From NCBI GenBank assembly GCA_013239625.1, contig MU054187.1:23560795-23624794 (forward strand): a stretch of 64,000 nt of DNA. The letters are read 5' to 3'. The notes under the pieces were generated by a model. The model made no database searches. It was given only the letters and a program-made list of their open reading frames with translations, and was not told the origin of the DNA. Of the stretch, positions 1 to 13,800 are shown in pieces. Positions within the stretch are counted from its first letter, which is position 1. The number at the start of each line of letters is the position of its first letter. The stretch comes from Lama guanicoe (Eukaryota). The position numbers were made by a program, and so were the translations under genes.

Positions 1-3000
1 GTCAGCAAAATTCTACCATTATAAGTGCTATTTTTTCTCAACTATTTAGAATGAAAATTTTCTTCAATTATTCAAAACAATGTTAACAAGTGACTTAAAG
101 AATTCTGAACTACTTCACTAGAATGCCTGTGTTATTTTTGATAAAATAAACACATTTAATTTTAAATAAATTATGTATCAAACCAGTATGGGTCAACTAT
201 TATGTTGTAGGTATTTTATAATAAGATACTCAGATATAGAGTAAGTTAAATATGTCTGAATAGAAACCAATTTACTTACAATGTTTCCAGCCCTGCAATA
301 TAAGGTAAAGAATGAAATCAACTACACAGTATGTTAGAGGTTTCTTGAGCTAATGAGCAATTAGCCAGGAACACAGATCTGTTTGATTCCAAAGTATTTG
401 GCTTTTAATTCCACGATAATGAAATCTCCCAACATATTTTGCCATTAGTCTCCAAACTAGTTCTTAAAATAAAATAATAATTTTATATTATAGTAAATAC
501 ACTTATTAATGGCAATTCAAAAGATCATTTTATTCAATACTAGAAATTTTATCTTATTTTGGAAAACATGAACAATTATTTATTATATTTCTTTTCTTTG
601 AAAATTAATGTTATTTTAAGTTTAACTCAATCTAATTCATTCTGTTCTTAATGTGATTGAACTCTGCATACTCTAAAACTGCAAGGCTATTACACTAATC
701 CAGCTAATTAACCCTTCTAATGAACTAACAAAACTTAATATGATGGCTGGGCTTAACTTATAAAGGACTCATTAAGAGTTTTATTAGCTGATTAGTTGTC
801 ATTAAACAATGCAAGCTTACATATTCAACATTCTACTGTGGTGTGAAAGAAAAATATTTAAGTCTTGATTACAAGAACTATGAAGATGGCTGCTTATACT
901 TCTCAAATCCTATAATTTTGTGAACATTTTTAAACATAATAGTGAAGTATGGATTTCTGCCTAGGAAGAAACATACGTTTCTTATATCAAGTAACTATTC
1001 TTTTAGTTGTTGAGATTTTGTCTTTACATTATTTTTGGATATCAGAATAATCATAAGGTTTAGAACATTGATATGTTAGATATGCAAGAAATTAAATTTG
1101 ATAAAAAATAAAGAATAATAAAAAATAACTTATGTAGTTGTATCAGATTGGGAGACCAAGAAAATTATAAAGACAAAAGACAGGGGGCAAAATGTTACAG
1201 ATTAGAAACAACATGCTTCTAAAAAACCCAATGGATCAATGATGAAATCAAAGAAGACATTTAAAAATACCTAGAGACAAACAACAATGAAAACACAACC
1301 ACATAATATCTATGTGATGCAGCAAAAGCAGTCCTAGGAGGGAAGTTCATAGTGATACAGGCCTTCCTCAGAAAAGAACAATCTCAAATAAACGAACTAA
1401 CTTACCACCTAAAATAATTAGAGAAAGAAGAGCAGACAAAACCAAAAGTCAACAGAAGGAAGAAAACAATAAAGATCAGGGAGGAAAAAAATAAAATAGA
1501 GATTTAAAAAAATAGAAAAAAATCAATCAAACCAAGAGTTAGTTTTTTGAAGGAGTAAACAAAATTGACAAACCTCTGGCCAGGCTCACCAAGAAGAAAA
1601 GACAGAAAACAAATAAATAAAATAAGAAAGGAAAATGGAGAAATTACAACCAATACCACAGAAATACAAAATATCATAAGAGAATACTATGAATAACTCT
1701 ATGGAAACAAACTGGACAACCTAGAAGAAACAGATAACTTTCTAGAAACATACAGTCCACCAAGACTGAATCAAGAAGAAATACACCACTTGAACAGACC
1801 AATCACTAGAAATGAAATATAATTAGCGATAGAAAATGCCCCCACAAACAAAAGTCCAGGACCAGATGGCTTCACTGGGGAATTCTACCAAACACACAAA
1901 GAAGAACTCACACCAGTCCTTCTCAACCTCTTCCAAAAGACTGAAAAGGAGGGAGTACTCCCAAACTCCTTCTATGAAGCCACCATCACCCTGATACCAA
2001 AACCAGACAAAGACACAACCAAAAAAGAAAATTACAGGTCAAAATCACTGATGAACATAGATACAAAAATCCTCAACAAAATATTAGCAAACAGAATCCA
2101 ATAGCACATAGAAAAGATCATACACCATGATCAAGTTGGATTCATCCCAGGAACACAAGGATGGTTCAACATATGCAAATCAATCAATGTGATACACCAC
2201 ATCAACAAAAGAAAGGACAAAAATCACATGATCATCTCAACAGATACAGAAAAAGCATTTGATAAAATTCAACACCCATTTACGATAAGAAAATCTCACC
2301 AAAGTGGGTATAGAGGGAATATATCTCACAAAATAAAAGCTATTTATGACAGATCTACATCCAGCATAGTACTCAGTGGTGAAAAATTGAACGGCTTCCA
2401 CTAAAATCTGGAACAAGACAAGGATGCCCACTCTCACTACTTCAATTCAACATAGTCTTGGAAGTCCTAGCCACAGCTATCAGGCAAGAAAAAGAAATAA
2501 AATGATCCAAATTGGAAGAGAAGAGGTAAAATTATTACTATATGTGGATGACATGATACTATACATAGAAAACCCTAAAAGCTCCACACGCACACAAACT
2601 ACTAGTGCTAATAAAAGAATTCTGCAAGGGAGCAGGATACAAGATTAACATACAAAAATCAGTTGCATTTCTTTATGATAGCAATGAATTAGCAGGAAAA
2701 GAAAGTAAAGAAATTTTAAAATTGCATCCAAAACAATAAAATACTTGGGAATAAATCTGACCAAGGAGGTGAAAAACTTATACACAGAGATCTACAAAAC
2801 ACTGATTAAGAAAATTAAAGAAGACTTAAAGAAATGAAAGATATCCCATGCTCTTGGATTAGAAGAAACAATATCATTAAAATGGTCATACTGACCAAGG
2901 CGATCTACAGATTTAACATGATCTCTATCAAATTACCCAGGACATTTTTCACTAGAACAAACAATCCTAAAATTTATATGGAATCACAAAAGACCCAGAA

Positions 3001-4996
3001 TTGCCAGAACAATATTGAAGAGAAAGAATGAAGCTGGAGGAATAACCCTCCCAGTCTTAATAAAATACTACGAAGGTCCTGTAATCAAAACAGCATGGTA
3101 TTGGCATAAAAACAGGTATATATGGATCAATGGAACAGAATAGAGAACCCAAAAATAAATCCATAGACCTATGGTCAATTAATCTTGACAAAGAAGGCAA
3201 AAATATACAATGGAGAACAGTCTCTTCAGCAAATTGTGCTGGGACGACTGGATAGCAGCATGTAAATTAATAAAGTTAGAACACTCCTTCACTCCATACA
3301 TGAAAATAAACTGAAAATGGCTTAAAGACTTAATTATAAGACAAGACACAATAAATCTCTTAGAAGAAAACATAGGAAAAACATTATCTGACATAAATCT
3401 TAGCAATGTTCTCCTAGTGCAAACCACTCAGGCAATAGAAATAAGAGCAAAAATAAACAAATGGGACCTAATTAAATTTATAAGCTTTTGCACAGCAAAG
3501 GAAACCAAAAGGAAAACAAAATGGTAACCTATGGAATGGGAGAAAATATTTGCAAATGATGTGACTGACAAAGGCTTAATTTCAAGAATCTATTAACAGG
3601 TCATACAACTTAATAAAAAAACAAACAACCCAATCCAAAAATGGGCAGAGGACATAAACTAGGAATTCTCCAATGAAGGCATACAAATGGTCAACAGGCA
3701 CATGAAAAAATGGGCAATATCACTAATTGTCAGAGAAATGCAAATCAAAACTACAGTGAGTTATCACCTCACACCATTCAGAAAGGCCATCATTCAAAAT
3801 TCAATGAATGATAAATGCTGGAGACGGTGTGGAGTAAAGGGAGCCCTCCTACACTGTTGGTGCAGCCATTACGGAAAACAGTATAGAGATTCCTCAAAAA
3901 ACTAAAAATAGACCTACTATATGACCCAGCAATTCCACTTCTGGGTATATATCTGAAGAGAATCCTAATTCAAAAAGATACATGCACCTCAATGTTCCCA
4001 GCAGCACTATATACAATATCCAAGACATGGAGGTAACCTAAATGTCCATCAATAGAGGACTGGATAAAGAATTTGTAGTATATTTATACAATGGAATACT
4101 ACTCAGCCATAAAAAAGAATAAAACAATGCCAATTGCAGCAACATGGATGGAACTAGAAATCATCGTTCTAAGTGAAGTAAGCCAGAAAGAGAAAGAAAA
4201 ATACCATATGATATCACTCATATGGGGATCTAAAAAAAAAAGGACACCATGAACTCATCTACAAAACAGAAACAGACTGGCAGACTTAGTAAACAGTCTT
4301 TGGTTACTGGGGAAAGGGGGTGGGAAGATATAAATTTAGGAGTTTGAGATTTACAAATGTTACCCACTATATATTAAAAATAGATTTAAAAAAAGTTTCC
4401 TCTATATTAGCACAGAGAATTATTTCAATGTCTTGTAATAATCTTTCATGAAAAAAATATGAAAATGAATATATATATATATATATATGACTGGGACATT
4501 GTGCTGTACACTAGAAATTGACACATTATGATTCACTGTACTTCAATCTAAAAAAAAAAAAAAAAAAGGTGGTAATGGGGGGGAAAAAAAAAGATACAGA
4601 AGCCACATCACAAATGTTAATCAGGGTTAAGTTTCAAGTGGGAACTCTGGAATAAAGAGTAAAAAGAAAAATCACAGAATTTGTTTAATGTATGTCCTAT
4701 GATTTGAAAACTATGGAATCTTTTAAATGACATTTTATAGAAAACAAAATTCACTTTAGAATATTTAGAACAGTGTAAAGTTCTATTCTTTAATCAAAAG
4801 CCACATGAAAAATTATTAGTCTAGTGACCCACAGAAACTCTTGTTCTAAAATGTTACAAAAAGCCTCAGAATTTGATAATTTTAAAGACAAATTTAGTTT
4901 GTTTAGATTAAGTTTGCATATTAGTAAATCACTTGGGAATTCCAAAAATATAAATAATCGGTGAAAAATTTACAATGAATAAAACTATGCACTTAC
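1..4996 (-). other. MMP16: MMP16 intron 4 (5' part; the HExxH exon lies outside the window)
   Basis: Follows the exon 4 donor. No HExGHxxGxxH exon found in 1-4996. Confidence 0.88.
1199..4567 (+). mobile_element. 5'-truncated LINE-1 (ORF2 RT and C-terminal region, 3'UTR, poly-A), frameshifted
   Basis: ORF2 fragments ([24 protein letters not shown] at ~2541, [18 protein letters not shown]), G-rich 3'UTR, and poly-A at ~4549-4567. Multiple stops and frameshifts. Confidence 0.97.
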
Positions 4997-5301
4997 CATC
5001 ATGATTAGGATTTCCTAGTGTCCATGGTTCATCTGAGTCAAAATGAGTATCTCCCCCAATTCCTGGTCCAGGGAAATAGGCATGTGCCAAAAACCCTCCC
5101 TCTCCATCAAAGGGAGAACTGTCTCCATGAAAGCCGGATGCAAAAATGATGGTGATATCCACGTCACGTTTGCCATTTTCTAATTCACTGTAGGGAACTT
5201 CTTCAAACGTCAGAGGAGTTACATTCTGCCATACGTCAAAGGCACGGCGAATAGCTTTACGGGTTTCAGGGTCTCCTACTTTGGGAGTTACGTTCTTTAT
5301 A
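4997..5301 (-). CDS. MMP16: MMP16 coding exon (probable exon 4): N-terminal catalytic domain with MT-loop
   Basis: Translates to (S)[101 protein letters not shown](G). Contains the MT-loop PYSELENG and structural Zn/Ca motifs HGD..PFDG.GG.LAHA and GDTHFD. Acceptor tttcag, donor GTAAGT at 4996-4991. Length 305 bp. Confidence 0.98.
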
Positions 5302-6504
5302 CTGAAATTTAGAAAAAAAAGAATAATCAGCACGGATTTAGCATATATAATCTGACTTATTACAGATTGACTTATTACAGGTATTCAGTTGAGTAAAATA
5401 TTAGAAAAACAGTCATATTCAAGAGGAAAGAAATTAATTAATTCCTCATGTCTCTATCACTGGATTTCACTACCCTGGGTCGTTTAATTCTCAGCAGTAC
5501 AGAATTCAGCTACGAAGGCTATAAATGAGAACTTCTGTGAGGAATTGTTAACAGTGGGGCAATTAGACCAACCACTTTGTTTTCTAAACGACAATAGAAA
5601 GGCAGCTTTGCCAAATGATCAAACAGGTGCATCAGCTTCAAGATGGAATTTTTAAAAAAATGTAATTCTGTCCGGTTATTATTACTTTTAGGGGCACACT
5701 GTTGCATGCACACCTTACTTTCAAACAATGTCTTTATGTTCTTAACCATGACCATCAACTCAATGGACACAAAGTTATTTCTAAGTTTTTAAAGGTCAAT
5801 TAATGACAATTTCTGATGATCTATTGTTTTCTTATATACTTATTTCTAGTTAAAATAAACCAATATGAGTGAATAGCTTTTTAATGCAAATATTTAACAA
5901 TTATGTACATTTAAAGAACTTGGATATTCTTTAATTAGATTATTTGTCTTGAGGCTAATAAGTGAATACATAAAATAAAATAAAAATGATTTTAAATTTA
6001 TTTAGCACTAATCAGATATTTCTCTTTCCTCACTTCTTTTTCTAAATAGAAAAAAATGAAATAAATTTATATATGTGTAAGTATTTTATATTGTGGTAGT
6101 ATACATTCATACCATCTTGTGAAAAGTAATGAGCAAATTTCACAGGACTCATAAATAAGTTTCAGACGACTTCAACCAACAGACGTAGACCCATGAATCC
6201 ATGAATTTCACTAAGGGACTATCTCAATATGTAAAAGGGTATAATATCCAGGTGAATATTTATTGCAGTGCAATAATAAAAGCGAATTGTTAGCTAAAAG
6301 GTATAAACATTATGATGTCTCCATTACATGCCATAATACACATAGGGCTCAAAATTATTTTACCATTTTAAAGCTATTTAGCAGTATGGAAAAATATTTA
6401 AGATATACTTTCTGGTGAAAAAATAATATGCAGATTATATTTTTAACCCAATTGTAACTATATCAATTTAGTTACCAATGTTAGGCAGGAATCATACCGA
6501 CATA

Positions 6505-6715
6505 ATAATGACATTAATTTAGCATTTACTATGAGCCAGGCAAGCATTTCACAATATCTTATTTAGCCCCCTGAGAAGCCCAATGAGACTGACATATATA
6601 CCTATCATACAAAGAAACAGTTTGAGATTTAGAGGAATTTACAAAACAATTAGAATGGCAGAACTAGTTTCTCAACCCAAACATTCTGACTCAAGAATCA
6701 ACCATCTTACATTCT
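6505..6715 (-). mobile_element. MIR SINE remnant
   Basis: agcatttactatgagccaggc...tagaatggcagaactag...tctgactc. Confidence 0.65.
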
Positions 6716-6849
6716 AAACTAGACCAAACATCTACAACAAGGTTCACTATTTTCTAATACACGCTGCAGACCATGTTTACAAAGATTATTTGATGATAAA
6801 TATCAGTCATTATATACAAAGAAAATAAGAAAGCAAACCAAGTGAAAAT

Positions 6850-7345
6850 GGAGGTGGTGCAGGAAGTATTCTAGGAAGAAGAAATGGCAGGTGAAAGGGC
6901 CAGATGGGAAGACATGCTTGGCAAGTTCAAGGAAAGGCAAGGTGGCTGGTATAGTCTGAGCAGAGACAGAGGGCAAGCATCAAGAGGTGTGGTCAGAAAG
7001 GCAGCAGAGTATCACATTAGACAGGGCCTTGTTGGCCACTGCAAGGAGTTTGGCTCTAAATCCAGGTGAGAGAGGGAAAAACTGGAGCTTCATGAACATC
7101 CTTACTTCTGCTTTAAGTGATGTCTGACTTATGCTTTAAAGAAATGATTGAGCTTTTATGTGGAAAATATTGAAGTGGAGCAAGAATCGAAGCAAGGAGA
7201 TCTATTGGGAACTCTTGCAAATATTCAGGTGAGAAATGACAGTGCTTCAGACAAGAGGAGTACCAGTGGAGATATTGAGAAATGGTCAGATTTGGTATAT
7301 ATTTTGAGTATACACCTGCCAAGATGTACTGATGGTTGGATATAA
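6850..7345 (-). mobile_element. L2 remnant
   Basis: agggccttgttggccactgcaaggagtttgg and caggtgagaaatgacagtg...gagaaatggtcagatttgg...atattttg. Confidence 0.8.
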
Positions 7346-7486
7346 GCCATTTATTACATAAATTATGACTTAGGAACTTACATTTTGTAGAGAAAAGGAA
7401 TTTAGGCTAAATCTATTTTATTTAATATTTGGTAAATTTGGGAAATAAAGATCTATTTGATAAAAAAAATCATATTACCCATTAAG

Positions 7487-8150
7487 TAGTAAACTCTAAT
7501 TCAAAGAGACACATGCACCCCAGTGTTCACAGAGCACTGCTTACAATAGCAAAGACATGGAAACAATCTAAATGTCCATCGACAGATCACTGGTTAAAGA
7601 AGAAATACAGTGTCTCTGCACACATACGCTCATACATGTGAACAATACAATACTACTCAGCCATAAAAATACATGAAATAATGCCATTTGCAGCAACATG
7701 GATGGACCTGAAGGTTATCATACTCAGTGAAGAAAGTCAGACAGAGCAAGACAAATATCATGTCTTTCATATCACTTATATATGGAATCTAAAAAAAAAA
7801 TGGCACAAGTGAACGTATTTACAAAACAGAGACAGACTCACAGACATAGAAAACAAACTTATGGTTACAAAGGGGAAAGTGGGAAGGGACAAATCAGGAG
7901 TCTGGGATTTGCAGATACTAACTAGTATATATAAAATAGATAAATAACATGGTCCTACTGTTTAGCACAGGGAACTATATTCAATATCTTGTAATAATGT
8001 ACAATGAAAAAGAACATGAAAAGGAATATATATATATATATGTATACTTCCCTAAGTGTATATATATATGTGTGTGTGTGTAACTGAATCACTACGCTAT
8101 ACACCAGAAACTAACACAGCATTGTTAAATCAATTACAGTTCAAAAAAAA
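7487..8150 (+). mobile_element. LINE-1 3' end (ORF2 tail and 3'UTR) with diverged TSD
   Basis: Homologous to 3960-4550. Flanks aaaaaaaatcatattacccattaag (7462-7486) and aaaaaaaattacgttactcattaag (8143-8167) differ at 4 positions. Confidence 0.92.
8026..8081. repeat. Compound (TA)n/(TG)n microsatellite within an L1 3'UTR
   Basis: Directly visible. Confidence 0.9.
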
Positions 8151-8999
8151 TTACGTTACTCATTAAGGTCCAGTTATTGTTTTGAATAAAGCTTAAACAG
8201 AGCCTACTAAGAATTCATCAGTTTATTCAACAACTATTTATTGAAGGCCTAATATACAGCAGGAACTCTACTAGGTTCTAGAGAGTATAAAATGGATATG
8301 CTCTCTGATGTAATGAAGCTCCTGTATGGTCTTGAAGTAATACACAATGTACTATCTTATGATTGTTCACCTATACACTTGACCCCCATGCTAGACTACT
8401 TTCTCCATCAGAGCACAAGCCTTGCCTAACTCATCAGTTGCTGGTTATGCCATATAATATTTTCAGCAATCATTTATTGAATGAACAACAGCTAATTACC
8501 CAAGAAGCAAAATTTGCCGAAAGAAAATTGATCATAAAGATTCAAGTTAAATAAGAGACGAATGGCCACCAGTATTTGTATTATAATTATAACCAGTATG
8601 TAAATTATACATCAGCCAAGTTACACACACCCCTCTAAGAATACACACATGGTATAAACTCAGATGTTCCCATTTCCAGGCATCAAGCACTGGGGTCATT
8701 AAAGGGGAAGTTGTAGGAGACTGGACATTCCCTTTAAATGGACTGATTTTAGAAAAGTTCCTTCCAATTCCACATATTAAAGATAGGAAAGATCTTAAAT
8801 TTATGTGATCTAACTTTTCAACCATTTCCACAAATATTCTCTAATTTCCCTGACAAGTGAATATATTTCTTGGTTTCTATGCAGCAAATGATGAAGAAGA
8901 CTTGTAAGGTGGATAATTTAATTTTTTCAATAGCTCAAAATACTAGATTTTTTTCTGAAAGCCTTTATGTATTTGAGAATAACTCAAAATTTCTTCCTT

Positions 9000-9330
9000 A
9001 AATATTCCTTCCATCATGTTGAGACTCTTCGGCTGTCATCCTGAGCCCTTCCCCGTGCAGACTGCTTTCAAGATCTCTTAGCATCTTGATTTCTTCTTAG
9101 AGGCATTCGTTAAGTTGCCAAGAAGCAGCTGAATGTGTGGTGGCCCAAAGAGGAAAGGATACATCAGCTAAGGTGTGGCCAGGGAAGCAGAGAGGAAAAT
9201 TAGCATCTCCACTGCTCTGAACACTTTACTTTGTATCAATCTAATTCTATTCATCCTAGCTTTGTTTGAGCCACATTATACTGTTGGCTCATAATGAGTT
9301 TGCAATAAAATAAAACCTATTTTCAACCAC
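9000..9330. mobile_element. CR1/L3-like ancient LINE fragment (possibly also ~9880-10070)
   Basis: agccacattatactgttggctcataatgagtttg resembles recalled L3 sequence. Confidence 0.45.
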
Positions 9331-9594
9331 CTCCACGCCAACTCTTATCTGTATCCTGTAACGTCACAGTCAGCTATCCTTTCCATGAATAATTATGTTT
9401 TAAGCTTCAATGTCATATTTTGTATTTACTTCCCTAAGTATAGTAAATCAAAAGTAGTAGCAAATACTTGTACAGTACTTACTATACACAAAGAAACTTC
9501 TTAGCATCCTACATATATTATCCTTAAAATGTACTCGCAACAATTTCTGGGATTTTTCTGATATGTTAAAAGAAGTTAAGGTGATAGTCAACAA

Positions 9595-9830
9595 GGGTTA
9601 AGTATTAATTATGTATCAAACACTGTGCTGTTTGCTTGTTTGTTTTATGCTATCTGACTTAATTTTATCCCAAGCCTTACAAGGTAGGAATTGTTACAAT
9701 ACTCACATTGTACACAGAGGAAATGAGACTTAGAATATTAAGTCAATTGATCCTTACAGGTAGCAAGAATCAGAGTCAGGATTCAAATCCAGATCCTTCC
9801 CACTCCAAAATTCTTAACCACATGTTGTGC
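9595..9830 (-). mobile_element. MIR SINE remnant
   Basis: cacagaggaaatgagacttaga...cagagtcaggattcaaatccagat core. Confidence 0.8.
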
Positions 9831-10139
9831 TTATCAATAACCTGGAATTTTACAGGGATAAACAACTAATTCTTTGAAAATTCAAAACTGGCTGAGACAA
9901 TTGTCCGTAGAGGGACACTGCATAAGTGGAATTATGATCTGAACATAATGGCTCTTAACAGTTTCTTTCTTTCTTTTTGAAATGAACGAGGTGGTTGAAT
10001 ACCTAAGGATACAAAGACACCGATCACCGTCAGCAGCCAGCACTGTCAAGAGTTTAGAAATCAGGTCAGAAAAAGAATACTATTTGAAATGACAACAATA
10101 CATGTCCATATGCAGATTTGTGTAAGTTTTATACTTCTG

Positions 10140-10810
10140 AAGTTGATTTTATACTTTAATCCAATTAGTATTTATTGATTTTTTTATGTGGTATAGGGTA
10201 AAAAATCTAATTTTATTGTTTTCCATATAGATAATCAATTATTACAGAATAACTTCAATAAAATAACCCATCCTTTCCCCAGTGATCTACAAGGCCTGGT
10301 CTGGCATAAATCTTTTTTTTCTTATGTATACGTATAGGCCTATTTCTGTGATCTCTTTTTGACAGTGCTGGATTATTTTTCTATCTCTGTGCTAACACTA
10401 CATATTGCCTTAATAAGTGCTGATTTAAAGTAAATCTTCATATCTGGTAGGTGGGAATATTTTGATTAATATTGGGACTTCACTAATCCTCAGAGATTTT
10501 TGAGTCAGTTTGTTAAATTATACAAGAAATATTATTAGGATTTTTATTAGAATTACACTGAATTTGTAGAAGATTTGAACTTCATTATATTAAGTCTGTC
10601 TTATATTAAGAGAAAAATATATCTCTACATTTATTTTTGGTCTTTTTTCATGTCTTTCAGTAAAGGTTCCTAATTTTCACTGTATAGAGCTTATACATCT
10701 TTTGCAGATCTGTTCTTCACTCATATTTTTGTATCTATTTCAAATAGGATTTTTGTAAAGATTACTGTGTTTGTATCTGTATGTCCTTGTGTGTGTACTT
10801 TGTCTATGAA
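10140..10810 (-). mobile_element. Ancient L1 (L1ME-like) ORF2 remnant, continued at ~14330-14430 and ~15387-15660
   Basis: Degenerate antisense L1 ORF2 sequence that appears to resume after the nested insertions. Confidence 0.65.
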
Positions 10811-10821
10811 TCTTGGAAAAA

Positions 10822-13800
10822 GCTTCCAGTTTCTGTTCTGACATGCAAAAAGCTTGGAAGTTGTCACTCCGAACCTCACAACAAGAAAAAATGCCGAGCA
10901 AACCAAAAAAATGAACAATTCTTCTTAGTTCCACTAGAGATTGCAGTCACAGGGCAAACGACCACCCCCAAAACTGGGGAGAAAGATGAATACAAAGAAT
11001 CACAGCTTGCCAGAAGCCAAAGCCCCTGAAACATTGCCGTCTCATGAAAGAGAAGACAAAATGTAAAAGGCTTACATTAGACTGCCAACTCACTGGGGTG
11101 TCAGTTTCGACAAATAATATTGGCATGCTTATCATCTTCCAGTTTGTAAACTAATACTTTTTATAAACATGCCACACTTTTGAGAAATAGAAAAGTCCTA
11201 CTGTAAAAAGTTACTTTTATTAGTGGTTATTGCAAAGTGGATGAAGGGAGATGGAAGCCAGGAAACAGGTTAGTCATGGGTATTTGCTTGTAGGTTTGTA
11301 GGTTTGCCACTGGACCAGATCCTTCTGAGATCATTGGCTCTAGAACTACTTTTATCATGAGTGTAGTTTTCAAAAAATGAAATTACTTAAAGTCTATTTG
11401 GTGTTCTCTGTTTACTGGGAATGAACCAAGAAGTAGCAATGAAAATAATGACTTACATGCCCAGAACCTTGTATCATAAAGGGGAAAATGGGGAGAAATG
11501 CTCAGTGAGCAGATGCTCGAGCTCTCTGCCAACGCTTCAACAGCGGTACTTAGACCATTATGAAAACCTGTGCATTGGACTATGAATAACTTGTATCATT
11601 ATCTTTATAAATTATATTGGAAGTAACTCAGAAATAAAGTCCATCATAATTAAGAAGCAAAAAAAAAAAAAGAAAAAAAGGAAAAGTAAAAGGCTAAGTT
11701 ACTATTCGGAGGGTAACAGCCCCAAAAGTTAAGTCCACTTGAAAAATTGATATTTCAATTACAAGACTATAGACTGCCTCCTCTCCACAATACCTTATAC
11801 CACAGCAACAGGGCTTAATAAAATAACACTGGATTACAAGTGAGAGAGCTGCAAGACACAGAACCTATTTGAGAAAGAGTTTCTACGGATATTCAGTGAT
11901 AACAGGGAGACAAAACTAGGACACTAGGAGAAACTGAAGCTTCCAACACCTTCAGCTACAAGAAGCATTAGACAGCCAAACTCCTAACCAGAAAAATGTA
12001 AAACCTCACTCTAAAGTTGTATTACCTCAGTTTGCATGAACCAACACATTACGTCTGGCTTTCAACAAAAATTGATGGCATGTTAAAAAGCAAGAGAAAA
12101 CATAGGCTGAAGAGACACAGGAAACATTAGAACCAGACTGTATGGCAGAGACTTTGGAATTAAAAGACCAGAAAGTTAAATTAAACATGATCAATACTCT
12201 AAAGATTCTAACGGAAAAAGTGGACAATAGGAAAATAAAAGGGTAATATAAGCAGAGATACTGAAACTACAAGAAGGAATCAAAAGGAAATGCTAGAAAT
12301 AAAAAAAATATTAACAGAAATGAAGAATGTCTCTGATGGGCTCATCATGAGACTGAACATAACCAAGGGAAGAATCAGTGACCTTGAAGATAACGCAACA
12401 GAAATTTCCCAAATTGAAAAAGCAAAGGGAAAAAAGGATGGAAAGCAGAACAGAGCATCCACGAACTGTGGGGCACTTAAAGGCTGTGATATAACATAAT
12501 GAGAATGCTAGAAGGCAAAGAGATAGAAATGGAAGAGATATTTAAAATAGTATCCGAGAATGTTCCAAAATAATGACAGACAGCAAACCACAAATCCAGG
12601 ACTTTCAGAGAACAAAATCTGCGTGTGGGAATATTCTATGCAAACTACAGAAAACCAAAGGCAAAGAGAAAACCTTGAAAGAAGCCAGGAGGGGGAAAAA
12701 GCATCTTTATCTACAGAGGAACAAAGTACTCTGAAAGCACAACATGACACTGAGAAGAAGAATAAACGCAGAAAACTGACACTAGCAGACATCAAGATTT
12801 ACTGTAAAACTATAGTAATCAAGAAAGTGTGACACTGGTTTATGAACAGACACGTAGAGCAATGAAGTAAAATAAAGAGCCCAGACCTTTACCCCCACAC
12901 ACAGTGAAGATCTAAGGCAATGGAGAAAGGGCAGGCTTTCCAACAAATAGTGCTGCAACAATTGACCATCCACATGCAAAAACACTGAATCTAGACACTG
13001 ACTTTACACCTTTCACAAAAAGGGACTTAGAATGTAACACAGCCCTAAAGGTAAAAGCAAGACTATTAACATTTTTATAAGATAACATAGGAGAGATTCT
13101 AAGCAACCTTAGGTTTGGCAATGATTTTTTTTGATACACCAAAAGCACAATACAGAAGAGAAAACAGAGGAGCTGGACTTCATTAAAATTAAAACTTCTG
13201 TTCTGCAAAAGACACTGAAAAGAGAATGAAATGTCAAGCCACACACTGGGAGAACATACCTGAAAACATATATGATAAGAGACTTGTAATCCAAGAGAGA
13301 ACAAATAACACCTAATATAGCAACTCAATTAAAAGTAGATCAAAAGATCTAAACAGACATTTCACAAAAGAAGATATACAGGTGGCAAATTAAGCACATG
13401 AAAGTATGCTCAGCTTCATCTGTCATTAGGGAATTGCAAATTATAACAACAATGAGACACCACCTATTAGAATGGTACACCCAGAACACTGACACCACCA
13501 AATCCTGACAAGGTTGTAGAGCAACAGGAACTTTCATTCACCATTGGTGGTAATGCAAAATGGTATACTGACTTGGAAGATATGTTGGTAGTTTCTTAAA
13601 AAGCTAACCATAGTCTTACCATGTGATCAGCAAAATTATACTCCTAGGTATTTGTCCAAATAAGTTGAAAATTAAAAACCCACACAAAAACCCACACACA
13701 CATATTTATAATAGTCTTATTCACAATTGCCAAAAACTGGAAGCAACCAGGAAGTCTTCAGTAGGTAAATGGGTAAACAGACTGTGGCACATCCATTCAA

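Noticed and set aside
1170..4600. TSD for the 3.4-kb L1
   Set aside because: No convincing duplicated flank was found, so none is claimed.
4929..5333. 134-aa ORF as a stand-alone protein, with extensions [10 protein letters not shown] and KCIVLF...IPK
   Set aside because: The extensions are read-through into the polypyrimidine tract and past a consensus GTAAGT donor. Only 4997-5301 is exon.
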